Of a stretch of DNA of 64,000 bases, positions 12,875 through 26,186 are shown one piece after another. Where the stretch lies: positions 4,836,001-4,900,000 of the forward strand of contig OX597836.1 of assembly GCA_951406725.2 (NCBI GenBank). The letters run 5' to 3'. The translations under genes were made by a program, and so were the position numbers. Origin of the DNA: Octopus vulgaris. Lineage: Eukaryota. The stretch's first letter is position 1; each line of letters starts with the position of its first letter. Below the pieces are notes generated by a model. It saw only the letters and a program-made list of their open reading frames with translations, was not told the DNA's origin and searched no databases.

Positions 12875-14289
12875 TTGAAACGATGTGGCATAAATCATTC
12901 AGACCTTTGGTCGCTGGTCTCCTAGGTGCCTGACAGAAAGCGAAAGATAAAAAAAATTAGAATTACAAATTCTTTTATTATGAACGGACATTTTAAATGT
13001 TTTACATCTTTTTTCCTCTCAGGAGTGGGTTAATTTGTATGCTACTAAACAGCTTTTCTTCCTTATAACATGGTTTGAAATATGGCAGACATTTTGATTC
13101 ATGGCCACATCAAGGAACCAGTTCTTTATGATATAACACTGATGAGATAACATGTCGGTTTTGTCTTGGTGGCGAAATTACAAACGTAGTTACCCCCTTT
13201 TTTTTTCAGAAGTTTGGCATGCAAGATATTCGAAAGAACTCTGTGCTTTTCTATCAGAAATATTTTGAATAAACGATATAGACATTTGAGAAACTACTTT
13301 CTGGTATTCTTTTCGAATTTAAGAAAAAATAACAGAAAAATGAATCGTGTGTGTGTGTGTGTGTAAAATGTTGAATAAATCGCCCGTTAAATTTATTTTT
13401 AGTTACCGAAATATAATATCTGGAATCTTGAATTATCAGCTGTATATATATATTTTTTTCTCAATAAATCATCGATTCCGAAAGTCATGAATTATTATCT
13501 GGGCTATTTACGGAGTTAAGATAGTTACAAAAACGTTATATGAAGCTGGTTGTTTGAGATTTTTACTTAGATATTGGCGGTTGCTTCAGCTTTATTATTT
13601 TTTGTTATTTATATTTAACATATTCGCAGCGAAATTATACGTATAGCAGATTTTTCGGAAAAAGTGTTTACCAAATTTATAAAAGACATGCTTAGCGATA
13701 CCCATACACACACTGAGATGAAGCTGGACATAAAACCAGATAATTTTAACAATTTTTATGCCTACGTGCCTATGAATAAATATTATTTACATAAATTTTT
13801 ATCGTGAAAATCACTTCATTTTATTAAGGGGTTACTATACTGGAAGAAGATTTATGGATGAAATACTGGCTAACGTATATTAATATTTTTCGCAAAGATT
13901 ATTAATTATAGGAGAGGAATTTGGGAATGCATTTACATATTAACTTTATATTTCATTTCTTGAAAAGTTGAGTATTTATTTATGTTGATGACTAAGCATG
14001 TAGCGCTATGGTTGTCAAACATTTTGATATCCCGGCCACATACAAAAAAGACTGCAATATTTTAGAGAGTTGAACCCACGAAATAAAGTAAAGCGAAAGT
14101 CAATTAAAGAAAAGTTTTGTATATTTATTGAGGAAATACCGTCGAACACCACTACAAGGATACTTGAGGGCCACATTCGTCCATGGGACCTGCTGCTGAG
14201 AACAGCAGCTGTTGCTAGAAAATTTACGATGTGTCAATATTTGAATCTGACTTTCTGGATCAGCCATGGCTAGGTGGTGTTTGCGAGAG

Positions 14290-14368
14290 ATTCTTGTGTC
14301 CAAGAATCGAAACCACAATCTTACGATCATCTTGCTGGCACCCTATCCACTAAGCCACGTACCTCCAC
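14290..14368 (-). mobile_element. SINE family C-like tRNA head fragment
   Basis: rc gtggaggtacgtggcttagtggataggg...gtttcgattc resembles the head at 51339. Confidence 0.5.
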
Positions 14369-14629
14369 TCATACATACACGCACACACTCACATATATAT
14401 ATATATGTATTTATATATATATATATATGTGTATGTGTGTGTGTACACACACACAAAGAGACGCATACACACACATATGTATATTTGAATACCTATGAGA
14501 ATTATTTAATACAGTTATAGTTGATTTTTAAAAAAATTGTTGTTAAAAAAATGGTATGAAATGCTTTATCAGGATGTTACGAAGAAGGTTTTTCCAGTGT
14601 ATCAGCGCTGACACACAGGAAAAAAAAAC

Positions 14630-14853
14630 CTTCATCGTAACATCCTGGTATGACGTGACCGCGTATGTATCGTTGACGATTTTCTTTCTCCGTCTTCCCT
14701 TCCTTGGATCTTTCTTTTTTTTCTGTTTCTGACGAAGAGCTTCGCTTGAAACGTTAAATCCTCCTTCTTTCTTTCCTTTCCTGAGCGTCCAATAATACTA
14801 TATTCGTTCCACGTCATCGCGTTGTTGTTTTATCTCTTCGTTCATGCTTAGAT

Positions 14854-14858
<5 letters not shown>
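14630..14858 (+). mobile_element. Penelope-like terminal repeat fragment ending in (TA)n
   Basis: Contains a minimal HHR core followed by cctgagcgt..aatac as in the 35 kb copy; terminates aacta-(TA)n like the 11.9 kb copy. Confidence 0.6.
14725..14759 (+). ncRNA. minimal type I hammerhead ribozyme motif
   Basis: GTTT-CTGACGA-A-GAGC-TTC-GCTT-GAAA-CG-TT-AAAT: core CUGANGA and GAAA, stem II GAGC/GCTT, stem I GTTT/AAAT, palindromic AACGTT in place of stem III. Confidence 0.6.
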
Positions 14859-14901
<43 letters not shown>

Positions 14902-14957
14902 CATATGTATATACATACGCTATGTGTTTTCGTAAGCATATACTTATGAAATATACA

Positions 14958-14995
<38 letters not shown>

Positions 14996-15236
14996 GGTAT
15001 ATTTCATAAGTATATATATATATATATAAACACGAGTCTGAATGTATGTATGTGTGCGTGCGTGCATATAGTTTTCTGTGTGTTAAGGGTTATCTCTCAT
15101 CGTGTTAGTTTAAATTTAACAGTACTGAAATGTTTAACCAACAGAACTTTCTCTTGTATAGACGGCGTAGGCCTGCTAGAGAATATTTGTTAGTGGATTG
15201 TGATTTAGCTGTTGTTTCTAGCTGGTCGTTCAGCAA

Positions 15237-15271
<35 letters not shown>

Positions 15272-15641
15272 TTGGTAGTGCTGTTGATGGCGGTGGCGCT
15301 AATTCGTTTTTTTTTTTTTCTTGGCAGATAATAATCTAGATTAGAACGCAATCTGCAGCTGATGCCTCGATATTATGGATAATAAGATTGCGAAGCATGA
15401 GTTACTCATCATTAATTCACAGAAATCGTATTCACGATCGGAATAATCCGAGTCTTTCAAGGCAAGGACTGTTGCTAATGGTTTCAGGATGACCGAGTCT
15501 CTGCGGAGAACCTCGTTCTATTCCTCATAGTTTTTGGTTACAATCTAATACACATTAATATGCTTATACATGCAGTTAAATAAAATATATATATATCTAT
15601 ATATATATATATACATATATATATCTATATCTATATATATA

Positions 15642-15712
<71 letters not shown>

Positions 15713-15879
15713 GTACACACACACACACACACACACACATATATGTGCACATACTTTATATATACGAACCTATTATTTGAAGGAAATCATTCTACCCACC
15801 CAGTAGAAATATTAGGCATCGAACCAGTCTTTCCTTGGATGACAACATCTATTCATGAGGCTTACATAACCTCTAAATG

Positions 15880-15923
<44 letters not shown>

Positions 15924-16470
15924 TTATGTGTGTATATATATAGGTATGTATGTGCAGATTCACTTATATGGTTGCGTATATAGGTATATATATAAATATA
16001 TACATAAATATATGTGTACGTATATATATCTATATATATATATACAGTTATAGATATATATCTACGTGTATACATGTATATGTATGTACATATATGTGTG
16101 TGTGTGTGTGTGTGTGTTTGTGTGTGTGTACATATGTATGTATGCATATATATGTATATATATGTAGCCATATACGCAGATACATATCTTCCAACAAAAT
16201 AGTACAAACAGATTCACAGACGGCGTTATGGCGCGAAGATAACAGCTGTTCAGGATATGAAGACTAATATGTGATCCGCTATAAAATTTCTGTGAAACAC
16301 AATGCCAGACACCCTTTAGATAATCACCGTTAATATGATATAATTCAATTGCAGAAGTCGTCTTTCTACAGAAAACTACACACTGTGACCATTAAAGTTA
16401 GGAATAGTTGGTGAAGAAGATATCAATAAGATTACGATTAGTTTACTCAACAAATTGAAAAGAATGAACT

Positions 16471-17090
16471 ACAGAGTGGCCCAAAAGCAGGTTTACAGTT
16501 ATTCATCTCTTTCGCATTCATATATTAACAGTTTAGGTCTTAATTATAATACACTAGCAGTATCGCCCAGCGTTGCTCTGGTTTGTAAGGGAAATAACTA
16601 TATAAGCATTTTAGAGAGTTATAGCCAAAAAATAGCCAAAAAATGCATTAAAAATGGAAAGAAAATGATGCTAATTTTTTTTTAAATCGTTGACTCATCG
16701 TAGACATTTTTAGAGAGTTACTTCCCTTATGTAATAGCGAAAAAAATGCATTAAAATTGAAAAAACTGATGGTATTTTTTTTTTAAATCGTAGACTCATC
16801 GTAAACGCGCGCTAATACCCAGAAGGGCTCGAAATGAATCACGACTATAAGATACCCGGTTTTGGTTAAAATGCACTGCAAAATGTGGGAGTAGTTAGGA
16901 ATCTAAATCGTAGGAGACAGACACACAACTTGACTTTTCTATATAAAGATTATGAGACTATTATTCTATGCTAATTTAGTTGATTTTGTCAAGCTCTCTT
17001 TTCAATTTGTAAGACAGAAATTTAAACGTAATAAAATGTTTTAAAAGAAATTTAAAATGCTATCTGTCAATCTACTTTTCGGTCACCCTG
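16471..17090. mobile_element. Tc1/mariner-type MITE interrupted by a Helitron
   Basis: TA-CAGAGTGGCCCAAAAGCAG...CTACTTTTCGGTCACCCTG-TA; flanks align with 3340-3548. Confidence 0.8.
16554..16949 (-). mobile_element. non-autonomous Helitron
   Basis: Minus strand starts TC (16949), ends with hairpin CCAGAGCAACGCTGG then CTAG (16554); inserted between A and T with no TSD; empty site visible in the 3340 MITE copy. Confidence 0.85.
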
Positions 17091-17387
17091 TATATTTATA
17101 ATCTATTTTGTAATAATATGCGTTGATTCACCAGCGTAGCTAGAATGTGTGCCTCTTTGAGGCCTTCCGTTTGCTGTCCCCGTCTCCCCGCCAGAAACCT
17201 CATATTGTCTAAAGGTAAAATAAAATACAGGAGGATTCGTTAATCACGATTTCATTCAGTATATTCCCCTCTTACATCTTAAAACTTATTGCAGCAGTCC
17301 TTCTGTTTTTCTAAGCTCTATAAAAGAACTTGGAATACGGGGACCACCAACTAGGCTTTGCGCGATATCCTCCGCAACCAGTAATAA

Positions 17388-17612
17388 TGTCACAGCAAAA
17401 AAAAGTCACAGTAATAAGTTACAATTTTGGCTACGAAGAAAGTCACAATAAATTTATGGTATCCGGTTAGAACACCCTCGGACAAAACCTTGCCGGGCAA
17501 AATCCCTGTGACTTTTTCTCCTATGACTTTATTACCGTAATTTTTTTTCCTGTAGATAGAAAACTGCAGACAGGAGAATATATGTACGTATATATACTTG
17601 TGACTTTTTACC
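17388..17612. mobile_element. foldback-like element with inverted AAAGTCACA subrepeats
   Basis: Three gtcaca units on the left and tgtgacttt/tatgacttt units on the right; aaaaaaagtcacagtaataag vs ctttattaccgtaattttttt. Confidence 0.45.
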
Positions 17613-17855
17613 TGGGTTTATATCCTGAAAGCCAGGGACCCCTTATCTGGCAGCATATATATAACGTATCTTGGAAAAGAAATGGCATTCCGATGACGAA
17701 CACAAAAACCTAGTTTGGGGAAGAAACTTGAATCTGAAATCACTCACTGAATAAATAACAAGAGAAACAGCGATCAGAGCATTAGTTAACTAAACCATCG
17801 TATTTTAATTTAACCCATTCCCATTATACGTATCTATATATCTAGTATTATAAAA

Positions 17856-17856
17856 C

Positions 17857-17906
<50 letters not shown>

Positions 17907-17976
17907 GTATGTATAAATGTATATGCATCATGTGTTTATATATGTAAATATATATGTGCATATATGTATACATGTG

Positions 17977-18025
<49 letters not shown>

Positions 18026-18742
18026 ATTTATATATACATATATATACATATATGATATATGCATATATCTATATCCATATACATACCTACCTATCTCTCT
18101 CTCTCTCGCTCTCTTTCTCTCTGTATACATATATATATATATATGTGTGTGTATGTATAAAATATATATATACATATACCTGAATGAATGTCATTTACGT
18201 GTTAAACAGCATACAATCTACGCACGCACACACACAACCACACACACACATGTATTGAAATAAAAGGACGTGAGTGTCGTGGAAGCTGGTTGTGACGTCG
18301 GTAGATTACGTGAGACGATTTAGTACATACGTAAATTAATTAAAATAATTGCTCCGAGTTTCAGCCGAAAATCCTCTCTGCCCATTATATCCGTATACAA
18401 TTATCTCCACAAAAGACTATCTCCTTTGTCTGAGTCGCTTTTGCCCCATTGTTTGATCTCCGGCTTATTTGAAGCCAACTGATTTGGATGCTTTGAAATA
18501 TTTAAATGTTTATAGAAACCTGATTCTGCTTTGTGTGCCTGTGTGTGTACGTGTGTGTATGTGAGTATGTGAGTGTGTGTAGGTGTGTGAGTGTGTGGTT
18601 AAATATATGCGGTTTAGACTTTGTGTTCGATTGTGTAATTTCGTCTTTAGTGTGTTGTGTGTATGTTTGTGTAGGTTCGTTATTGTCTGTGTGTGTCTTC
18701 TGTCTTTCTATACTGCAGATACTGGTATACATTTGCGTTTGC

Positions 18743-18809
<67 letters not shown>

Positions 18810-18937
18810 ATACATAATACATATAGATACGTATAATAATGTGTATGTACATATTAAAATATATATTTATATATACATATATACGTATACACACATATAT
18901 ATATATACATACATATAAGATATATATGTGTATATAC

Positions 18938-18989
<52 letters not shown>

Positions 18990-19005
18990 TATATATAAAT
19001 ATATG

Positions 19006-19040
<35 letters not shown>

Positions 19041-19077
19041 AAATATATATATGTATATATATATATGTCTATATATA

Positions 19078-19121
<44 letters not shown>

Positions 19122-19226
19122 TATATATACGTCATTTGTATGTATATCTGTGCATCTATGCCTACATACATCTGCTTCGTGTGTGTGATTGTATTTGTTA
19201 TTTTCTGCCTGTTGATACTTTTATAT

Positions 19227-19276
<50 letters not shown>

Positions 19277-19400
19277 GGTTGTTTCTGCTCTTGCTCATAT
19301 GCACGTTGTGCGGGTTTATGCATTACGTATATATACATACATATATACACATATATACACATATATACACTCACACACACATACTCACATATATGTGTAT
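17856..19400. repeat. (TA)n/(CA)n/(TG)n microsatellite fields around a unique island at 18260-18520
   Basis: Directly visible. Confidence 0.9.
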
Positions 19401-20431
19401 ATATGTACGGATGTATGACGAAGTGTATGAGCGAGTATGTGTTTCAATGGATGTGTTTTATATGTACGTATGCACTGCTTCGTGTATTATGTTTTTCCGC
19501 CTTTATGCGACCATGTGCCTGCGTGCGCATGCGTCAGTCTCTTTTATACATTCCATAGCTTTACAGATATTTGAATGTGTTCGTGTATCTATGTATGTAG
19601 CATTAAATGAAATACAGATCAAAGCTGGTAAATTTAACAGTTGAGCAGGTTACTGCTTTGACAAGATAAAACCTGCAACAACAATATCAACAACGAAAAC
19701 ACCCGTCATCTACAAAAGCCCTAACACAAAAGATTATCCTACAGCAAACCTCATCAGAGAAACCCTCGGTACATTATGCAATTGTTAGATAGAAACATGA
19801 ATAGATTCCGCATGTCATGGCTGGAACTTTGAAATGATATTGTAGCTAGGATACTTCGCTTGGGAAATACTTGCGGTTACTCAGGTCTTTCCGATGAAAC
19901 CTGACCAGAATTAAACAACAGCACTAACACTGGCAACAGCAACAAGAACATCAACAAGAAAACAATAACAACAGCAAGAATGACGACAATGACTACGATG
20001 ACAAGAGCAACAACATATTAGGTTTTGCAAGAGAATATGCATTAATATATATAATGTGTCGACTTAGTAAACAAGTACGCACTCGGTTAACTCCGTATGA
20101 CTTACGTTAACATACGAAAGAAATGGATGCACATTTCCTTCGGGGTCTGTATTACATTTCGAGCACCAGGGCTAAGATTCCTAATACTTGCAGTGTGTGT
20201 ATGTATGTATTTATTTATGCATGTGTGTATGTGTGAGAGTGTGTAACGTAGATATATGTATATATATGTATATATACATATATAAATATTTATATACATG
20301 CATACGCACACGTACATATATATTTCCTGTATATTTAAGTATACTATCTATCTACTTATCTAGCTATTTATCCGTTACATTCATTTATACACACACACAC
20401 ACATACACACACACACGCACACATATATATA

Positions 20432-20902
20432 CGAGCAAAACGCCCCCCACTGTCCGTCCAATGGACGGTGCTGAGTTGTCAAATCAAATTTTCTCAAAAC
20501 AACTTCTCCAACCGTCCCATAGGCCTCCCCTTTGAGAAACACTGATTTAACCTAACTTTGAGACACCAGCAAAAGAAGAAATAAAGATATACTTTTTTCT
20601 ATTCCAAAGAAAAATGATTTTATTCACACAAATATGCAACCGAAGAGTTTAAAGTACTAGTAATGATAAGGCTGTTGACTGGGAGAGCACAAACATTGTT
20701 TAAACAGGAAGCTTGGCAGGAAAGAAAAGTACACGTTCCCACGGCTTTATCGATCGCATTCTCACCTGGAATCGATTTTTATAATCTTTTCAAGACACGT
20801 CCTGATACGGTCGGTATCTATATATCAAATTTGAGCGCAATCGGATGGAGGTTGTCTGAGATCCTAGAAGACACACAAACAGACAGAACGGATTTTTATA
20901 TA

Positions 20903-20909
<7 letters not shown>
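20432..20909 (-). mobile_element. probable degenerate non-autonomous Helitron
   Basis: The minus-strand 5' end has TATATTATATAAAAA, TCTGTCTGTTTGTGTG and ccgattgcgctcaaatttg, like the 16.9 kb element end. There is a hairpin CCGTCCA-A-TGGACGG (20454-20468) about 20 nt from a CTCG terminus (CTAG expected). Confidence 0.45.
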
Positions 20910-20974
<65 letters not shown>

Positions 20975-21125
20975 ACCTATTTAAACATATACAAACAGGG
21001 TTAATCTAGCTGCCTCCCGTAGAGTGAATGGATGATGAACCTTACGAGATTTGCGAATCTTACTGCATTCTTATCTGAGACGTCTATTTGCATACGCCTG
21101 CATAAATACATTTGACTCTGTGTGT

Positions 21126-21170
<45 letters not shown>

Positions 21171-22089
21171 AGCGCGCGCGTGTGTGAATATATACAAGTA
21201 TAAATACATAAATATACACACAGAAAAATGTATTTAAGTTCTGCTGATTCACGCGGTTGTACATGGATTACACAGTATTCCATATACTTCTGAAATTGTC
21301 AAAGCGCAAATATACAATATCTTGTTATCCGAGATACATGCACGATTCTAATTTGTGTCCGCTTCATAGAAGCCCAAGTTTCTACGTTGTTGTATGCGAA
21401 TGGATCGATCAGCATTACGTTAAGCACTGCGTAGAAAAGTCACATCTGGTGCCATACCAAAATATGGAAGCTAAATCGCTTCAAGTTCATGTCATGGATC
21501 TTCAAAACAGCATAAATTTCAGAATAGGGTAAGTAGGGCATCATGGAATTCAACGTATGATTTGTGAATTATTGGAGAATGTACCAAAGCAAAGAAACCC
21601 ATACATTGTATACTGTCGGTTAATTAAATAATTACTTTGAAGTTTTAATTATTATTGATTCTGTTCGAAGACCGAAATTTCGACATACGAAACCAGGACA
21701 TATTATTTTGAATATAGGGGGAGGTCAGCTGCAAATACTATCAGGGTCTTATCGCTCATATGACAACCTTCAATATGTAATTTTTTTTCGACTTGAACGG
21801 CATGGGTGGCATCTTCAGTTCTAAATGACAAAGAACATAAATTATCAGCAATACGTTACTACGAGTATCGTCATGAGCCTTCACTTGTGAGCGCGTGTTT
21901 GTGTGTATGCGTGTGTGAGAGTAACGATGGCACACCGGATCAGATCTTCTTAATGGCTTACCATATTCGATGTTCTTTCCTCATAACCTGGAATTATGCA
22001 TATTTTTTCAAACAAGTTTTGCAAATATGTCATCGTGCATTCAGTTTATGATTATGTTTATGAAAATATCTTTCGCCACTTTCGAATCA

Positions 22090-22542
22090 TTCTCACTTCC
22101 TATTGATCATGTTTCCTCATAATTCTCATTAATATGCATATTTTTAAAAACGAGAATTTAAAGAAAAAATATATTACGTGGGTGTAGATAACGATTGTGT
22201 GCCGTTATCCTGAATTTACGAGAATTGCCGGTAAAATAGTTGGATGAAAGCCCAGGTAATAGTCCGTTATTCATAATCTAAATAATTTTTTTTTTCCTAT
22301 AGATATTGTCCGAATAATATTAATATAAACCCATTTGATTTTAAAATATGCATTTTAAAGTGTTGCAGCAGAATGCAGTTTGGATGAGGGAGGATATTCC
22401 GAAACAATGCTAAACGATTTTGTTTTCAATTTTGTCAAGAAAGTCGTAATTTACACCCTCTAAAACGCATCTCTTCAATTGTTGCAATAAAAATATGCAT
22501 TTTTCAAAGCGTTATGAGGAAATAAATTCTGGAGAGTGATCA
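22090..22542. mobile_element. old MITE-like element with long degenerate TIRs
   Basis: tttcctcataa...aatatgcatattttt on the left mirrors aaaaatatgcatt...ttatgaggaaa on the right. Confidence 0.4.
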
Positions 22543-22582
22543 TACATACATATACACACGCACACACATATATACATATATG

Positions 22583-22650
<68 letters not shown>

Positions 22651-22704
22651 GTGAAAGCGAGTGTGTGGGTGAGAAATATGTATGAAAGTGTAAATATATA
22701 TATG

Positions 22705-22809
<105 letters not shown>

Positions 22810-22863
22810 ATGTGTGTGTATGTGTATATATATATATATGTGTATATATGTATATATATATAA

Positions 22864-23180
22864 GGCGCAGTTGTTAGGGCGTCAGGTCACACAATCACAT
22901 GGTAGAGAGTTTGATTCCTGGACTGGGTTGTGTGTTGTATTCTTGAGCAAGAAACCTTATTTCACGTTGCTCCAGTTGACTCAGCTGTAGAAATGTGTCG
23001 CAATGTCACCGGTGCCAAGCTGTATCAGGTTTTTGCTTTTCCTTTGGGCAATATCGGCGGCATGGAGAGGCGAGGCTAGTACGCATGGGCGACTTCTGAT
23101 CTTCCAGAAACAACCTTTTCCCGACATGTGCCTCCGTGGGGAATTTTTAGGTACAATCCTATTGTCATTCATGACGGAAT
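22864..23180 (+). mobile_element. SINE family C copy
   Basis: tRNA-like head (gagtttgattcc) then cttgagcaag..ttatttcacgttgctccagttgactcagctg, shared with 51013-51339. Confidence 0.75.
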
Positions 23181-23194
23181 CGGGTCTTTATACT

Positions 23195-23215
23195 ATTTAT
23201 CTATCTATCTATTTT

Positions 23216-23265
<50 letters not shown>

Positions 23266-23305
23266 ATCTATCTATCTATCCATCTATTCATCCATCCATC
23301 CATCC

Positions 23306-23345
<40 letters not shown>

Positions 23346-23372
23346 GCCTGTCTGTCTGTCTGTCTGTCTATA

Positions 23373-23447
<75 letters not shown>

Positions 23448-23470
23448 ATGTATGTATTTATGTATGTATA
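23195..23470. repeat. (TATC)n/(CATC)n/(TGTC)n tetranucleotide array
   Basis: Directly visible. Confidence 0.97.
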
Positions 23471-24560
23471 TATAAAATATAAATCTATGTAAGATCATAT
23501 CAAGTAGCCAGCATGTAAAATCAATTAAGGAAAATTTGTTACAAAGTATATAATGTTTTCTCATATATAAAATACATTATTATATGAAGTACTATTACTA
23601 TAAGTAAGGCCATACGCTCTTAAGGGACTCTAAAGTCAAACTCCTTCAACAAGTATATCATGATTCCTATAAACACGATACACATATTTCTGTAAATGTA
23701 TTCGTGACTCCATTGTCTAATTTTGCGCTTTGTGTGAAGTTGTAGCTGCTGTTTCCAGCATGTCACAGAACTGCATAAGAGGTTGGTCAGCCGACTCTTT
23801 ATATAAAAGTATTTTCAATAATATCATTTATATATTTTTAAAAAGTATCTATAATTATTTATTCATTGAATAGTTACAACATATCTAAGGTTTTCGTACA
23901 AACTTAACCATAATTTTGTTGAATTCTAAATCGAATGAAAGCCATTAGGCTGTCTGACATCCCTGTGTATATTTTGAAACTGTGACTTGGCCTCCTTCCA
24001 AATGCTATATCATCCATCACAGCGACCCTCTCACACTTCCTACCCCATATCCAGTTCTCTTCATTACGAACACTTTATAGGTCCCCAAGCATTATTCCAC
24101 ACAACAATGTATATCCATGAATGTTGATTCAATCATAGTTTTCTCACGAAGCCATATTTTTCGAATGCTTATAGACTGACGACGCTTTTGTTTTTGCCAA
24201 CAAAATGGTGACGGATGAAACCCGGTCACTTTCATCGATTTGTCAGTTATATTTTTACACTTGCCACCAAATTTACACCCTCTAGATTTAGAAAACGCGG
24301 AAAATATTTTGAATGCCATAGACCAAATTAGCACTAATATAAAAATAAACAAATGAATATATTTATAAAATAAACGAGATTGTCACTACCGGAACGGCTT
24401 TGGTCACTGGCTCCTGTATTCACAGATTCTTGGTTATGAAAACGGCTTTGCGAACTGTTTTCCAGTTATAGTACATTTTCTGACATATTGGTCAAGAACC
24501 TCCAGCTACGTAGATGATGGACAGTGGAATTTTGGAAACGGGAAAATTTGCAGGACGTAC

Positions 24561-24609
<49 letters not shown>

Positions 24610-24628
24610 ATATATATATTAGAGAGAG

Positions 24629-24671
<43 letters not shown>

Positions 24672-25784
24672 TGGATGGATGGATGGATGGATGGATGGAT
24701 GGGTGGATGAATGGATGGATGGATGGATAGATAGGTGGATGGATATATATATATAGATGGATCGATGGTTAGATAGATAGATAGACAGATAGACAGACAG
24801 ACAGATAGATAGAGAGATAGACAGATAGATTGATTGATTCATGCACAAAAGATGCATACATATATACATTTGTGCGTATCTCATATGTACATATATAAGT
24901 CTGTATATGTTTACGTACGCGGTCTCATATACTTATCTATGGATAACAGTACGAATGGCTATTTCAGTATTTCAGAGAATTCAGTATGCTACTTGGATCT
25001 ATAAATTTTATCGGAATTGTAGGAGATTTCCTTCATTTCTTTATGATATACCTACTTGTGTGTGTATATATGTATGCAGGTTCCAGTGTGTGCGTATCGG
25101 TGCGTGGAAGTGTATGTGTGTGCGTGTGTGTGTCTATGTATGTGTGTACGTGTGTGTGAAGGAGGGGCTCTGTCAGTTTGAATCTACGTCTGTGTTTATA
25201 TATGTAGATATAACGCAATTTTTCTCTTAAGTGTATTCGCCTATGGAAAGCGTAAACTTGGAATTCGATTTTTGGATATTGATAAACGATGCAGCACTCT
25301 TCGAGAAACACAACGGTCGATAAGGCCGTGTAAACCCCTCAAGGTTGGTGTCCTGGGATGTTCAACGACCGAATCGAGTCAAAGAAAACCAGAAGAGTGT
25401 TTACTATATCAGTGCTGACCTACAGCCAAACAAATATTATCAAAGCCAAAAAAAAAAAAAAAGATTGTATGAAATCCAGTGTTGTGTTGAGAAATTGACA
25501 ATTATTGATTAGAAATCTGTTAAAACTGTATTAAAGGGGTCTGAAGTTGTTTAAGGAAAGTGTCTTTGAAAAGTGAAGTTAACCCATTCAAAGCACTTCA
25601 TGAAACGTTCGGACTAGAAATAAGACGCAGCTTTTGCAGATCTTAAATAAAATTATCAGATTCAGTAGAAATCTTTTAATGATAGCTTCTTCTTTTAGAA
25701 ACACTTTTATATTAAAATTTAGACTGTTGAAATGTTCTAGTTTATATTATTCAGAAGATTAAAGAGACTAATCTCTTTTTCATT

Positions 25785-25958
25785 CAGTTCTATATTTAAG
25801 AGATGAAGAATTATGTACATTATTTACATTATTTACATTTGAAGGATATTTGTCCTCATTTTGTTTGTTGTTATCAGACCGTTTCGGCTGATATACCCTC
25901 TAGCCTTCATCAGGTGTCACGGGGAAATTTCGAATATAGATAGGGTACTTTTTTCCGA

Positions 25959-26053
<95 letters not shown>

Positions 26054-26186
26054 TCACTGCTTGGAATCGAACTCAGAATCTTGGGGTTAGCAGCCCACGC
26101 TTTTAACCACTACGCCGAAAAGTTATGTTCACAATAAACAAGATGAGGACAAATATCCGTCAAATGTAAATAATGTAAATTTTATG
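25785..26186 (-). mobile_element. composite element: tRNA-like head, (AAT)n, hammerhead-like core, Penelope-like tail and inverted tail copy, with 12-bp TSD
   Basis: TSD CTCTTTTTCATT at 25773-25784 and 26187-26198. Head rc GGCGTAGTGGTTAA...GAGTTCGATTCC (26116-26060). Core CTGATGA-A-GGCT..AGCC-GAAAC (25913-25881). 26114-26180 is an inverted copy of 25825-25888. Confidence 0.8.

Noticed and set aside
13139-13180. CTGATGA...GAAA hammerhead candidate
   Set aside because: No stem II adjacent to GAAA and no stem I/III pairing.
13186-13840. Inverted pair tagttacccc / ggggttacta
   Set aside because: Short, and oriented like outward-facing ends; cannot define one element.
21257-21535. 91-aa ORF ending near a GTAAGT donor-like site
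   Set aside because: No recognisable domain or clear acceptor; such sites are expected by chance in 64 kb.
26050-26116. tRNA gene (Ser-GCT-like loop)
   Set aside because: Only 3 bp of anticodon stem, no acceptor stem or long variable arm; it is a SINE-type head. The same applies to the other A/B-box heads.
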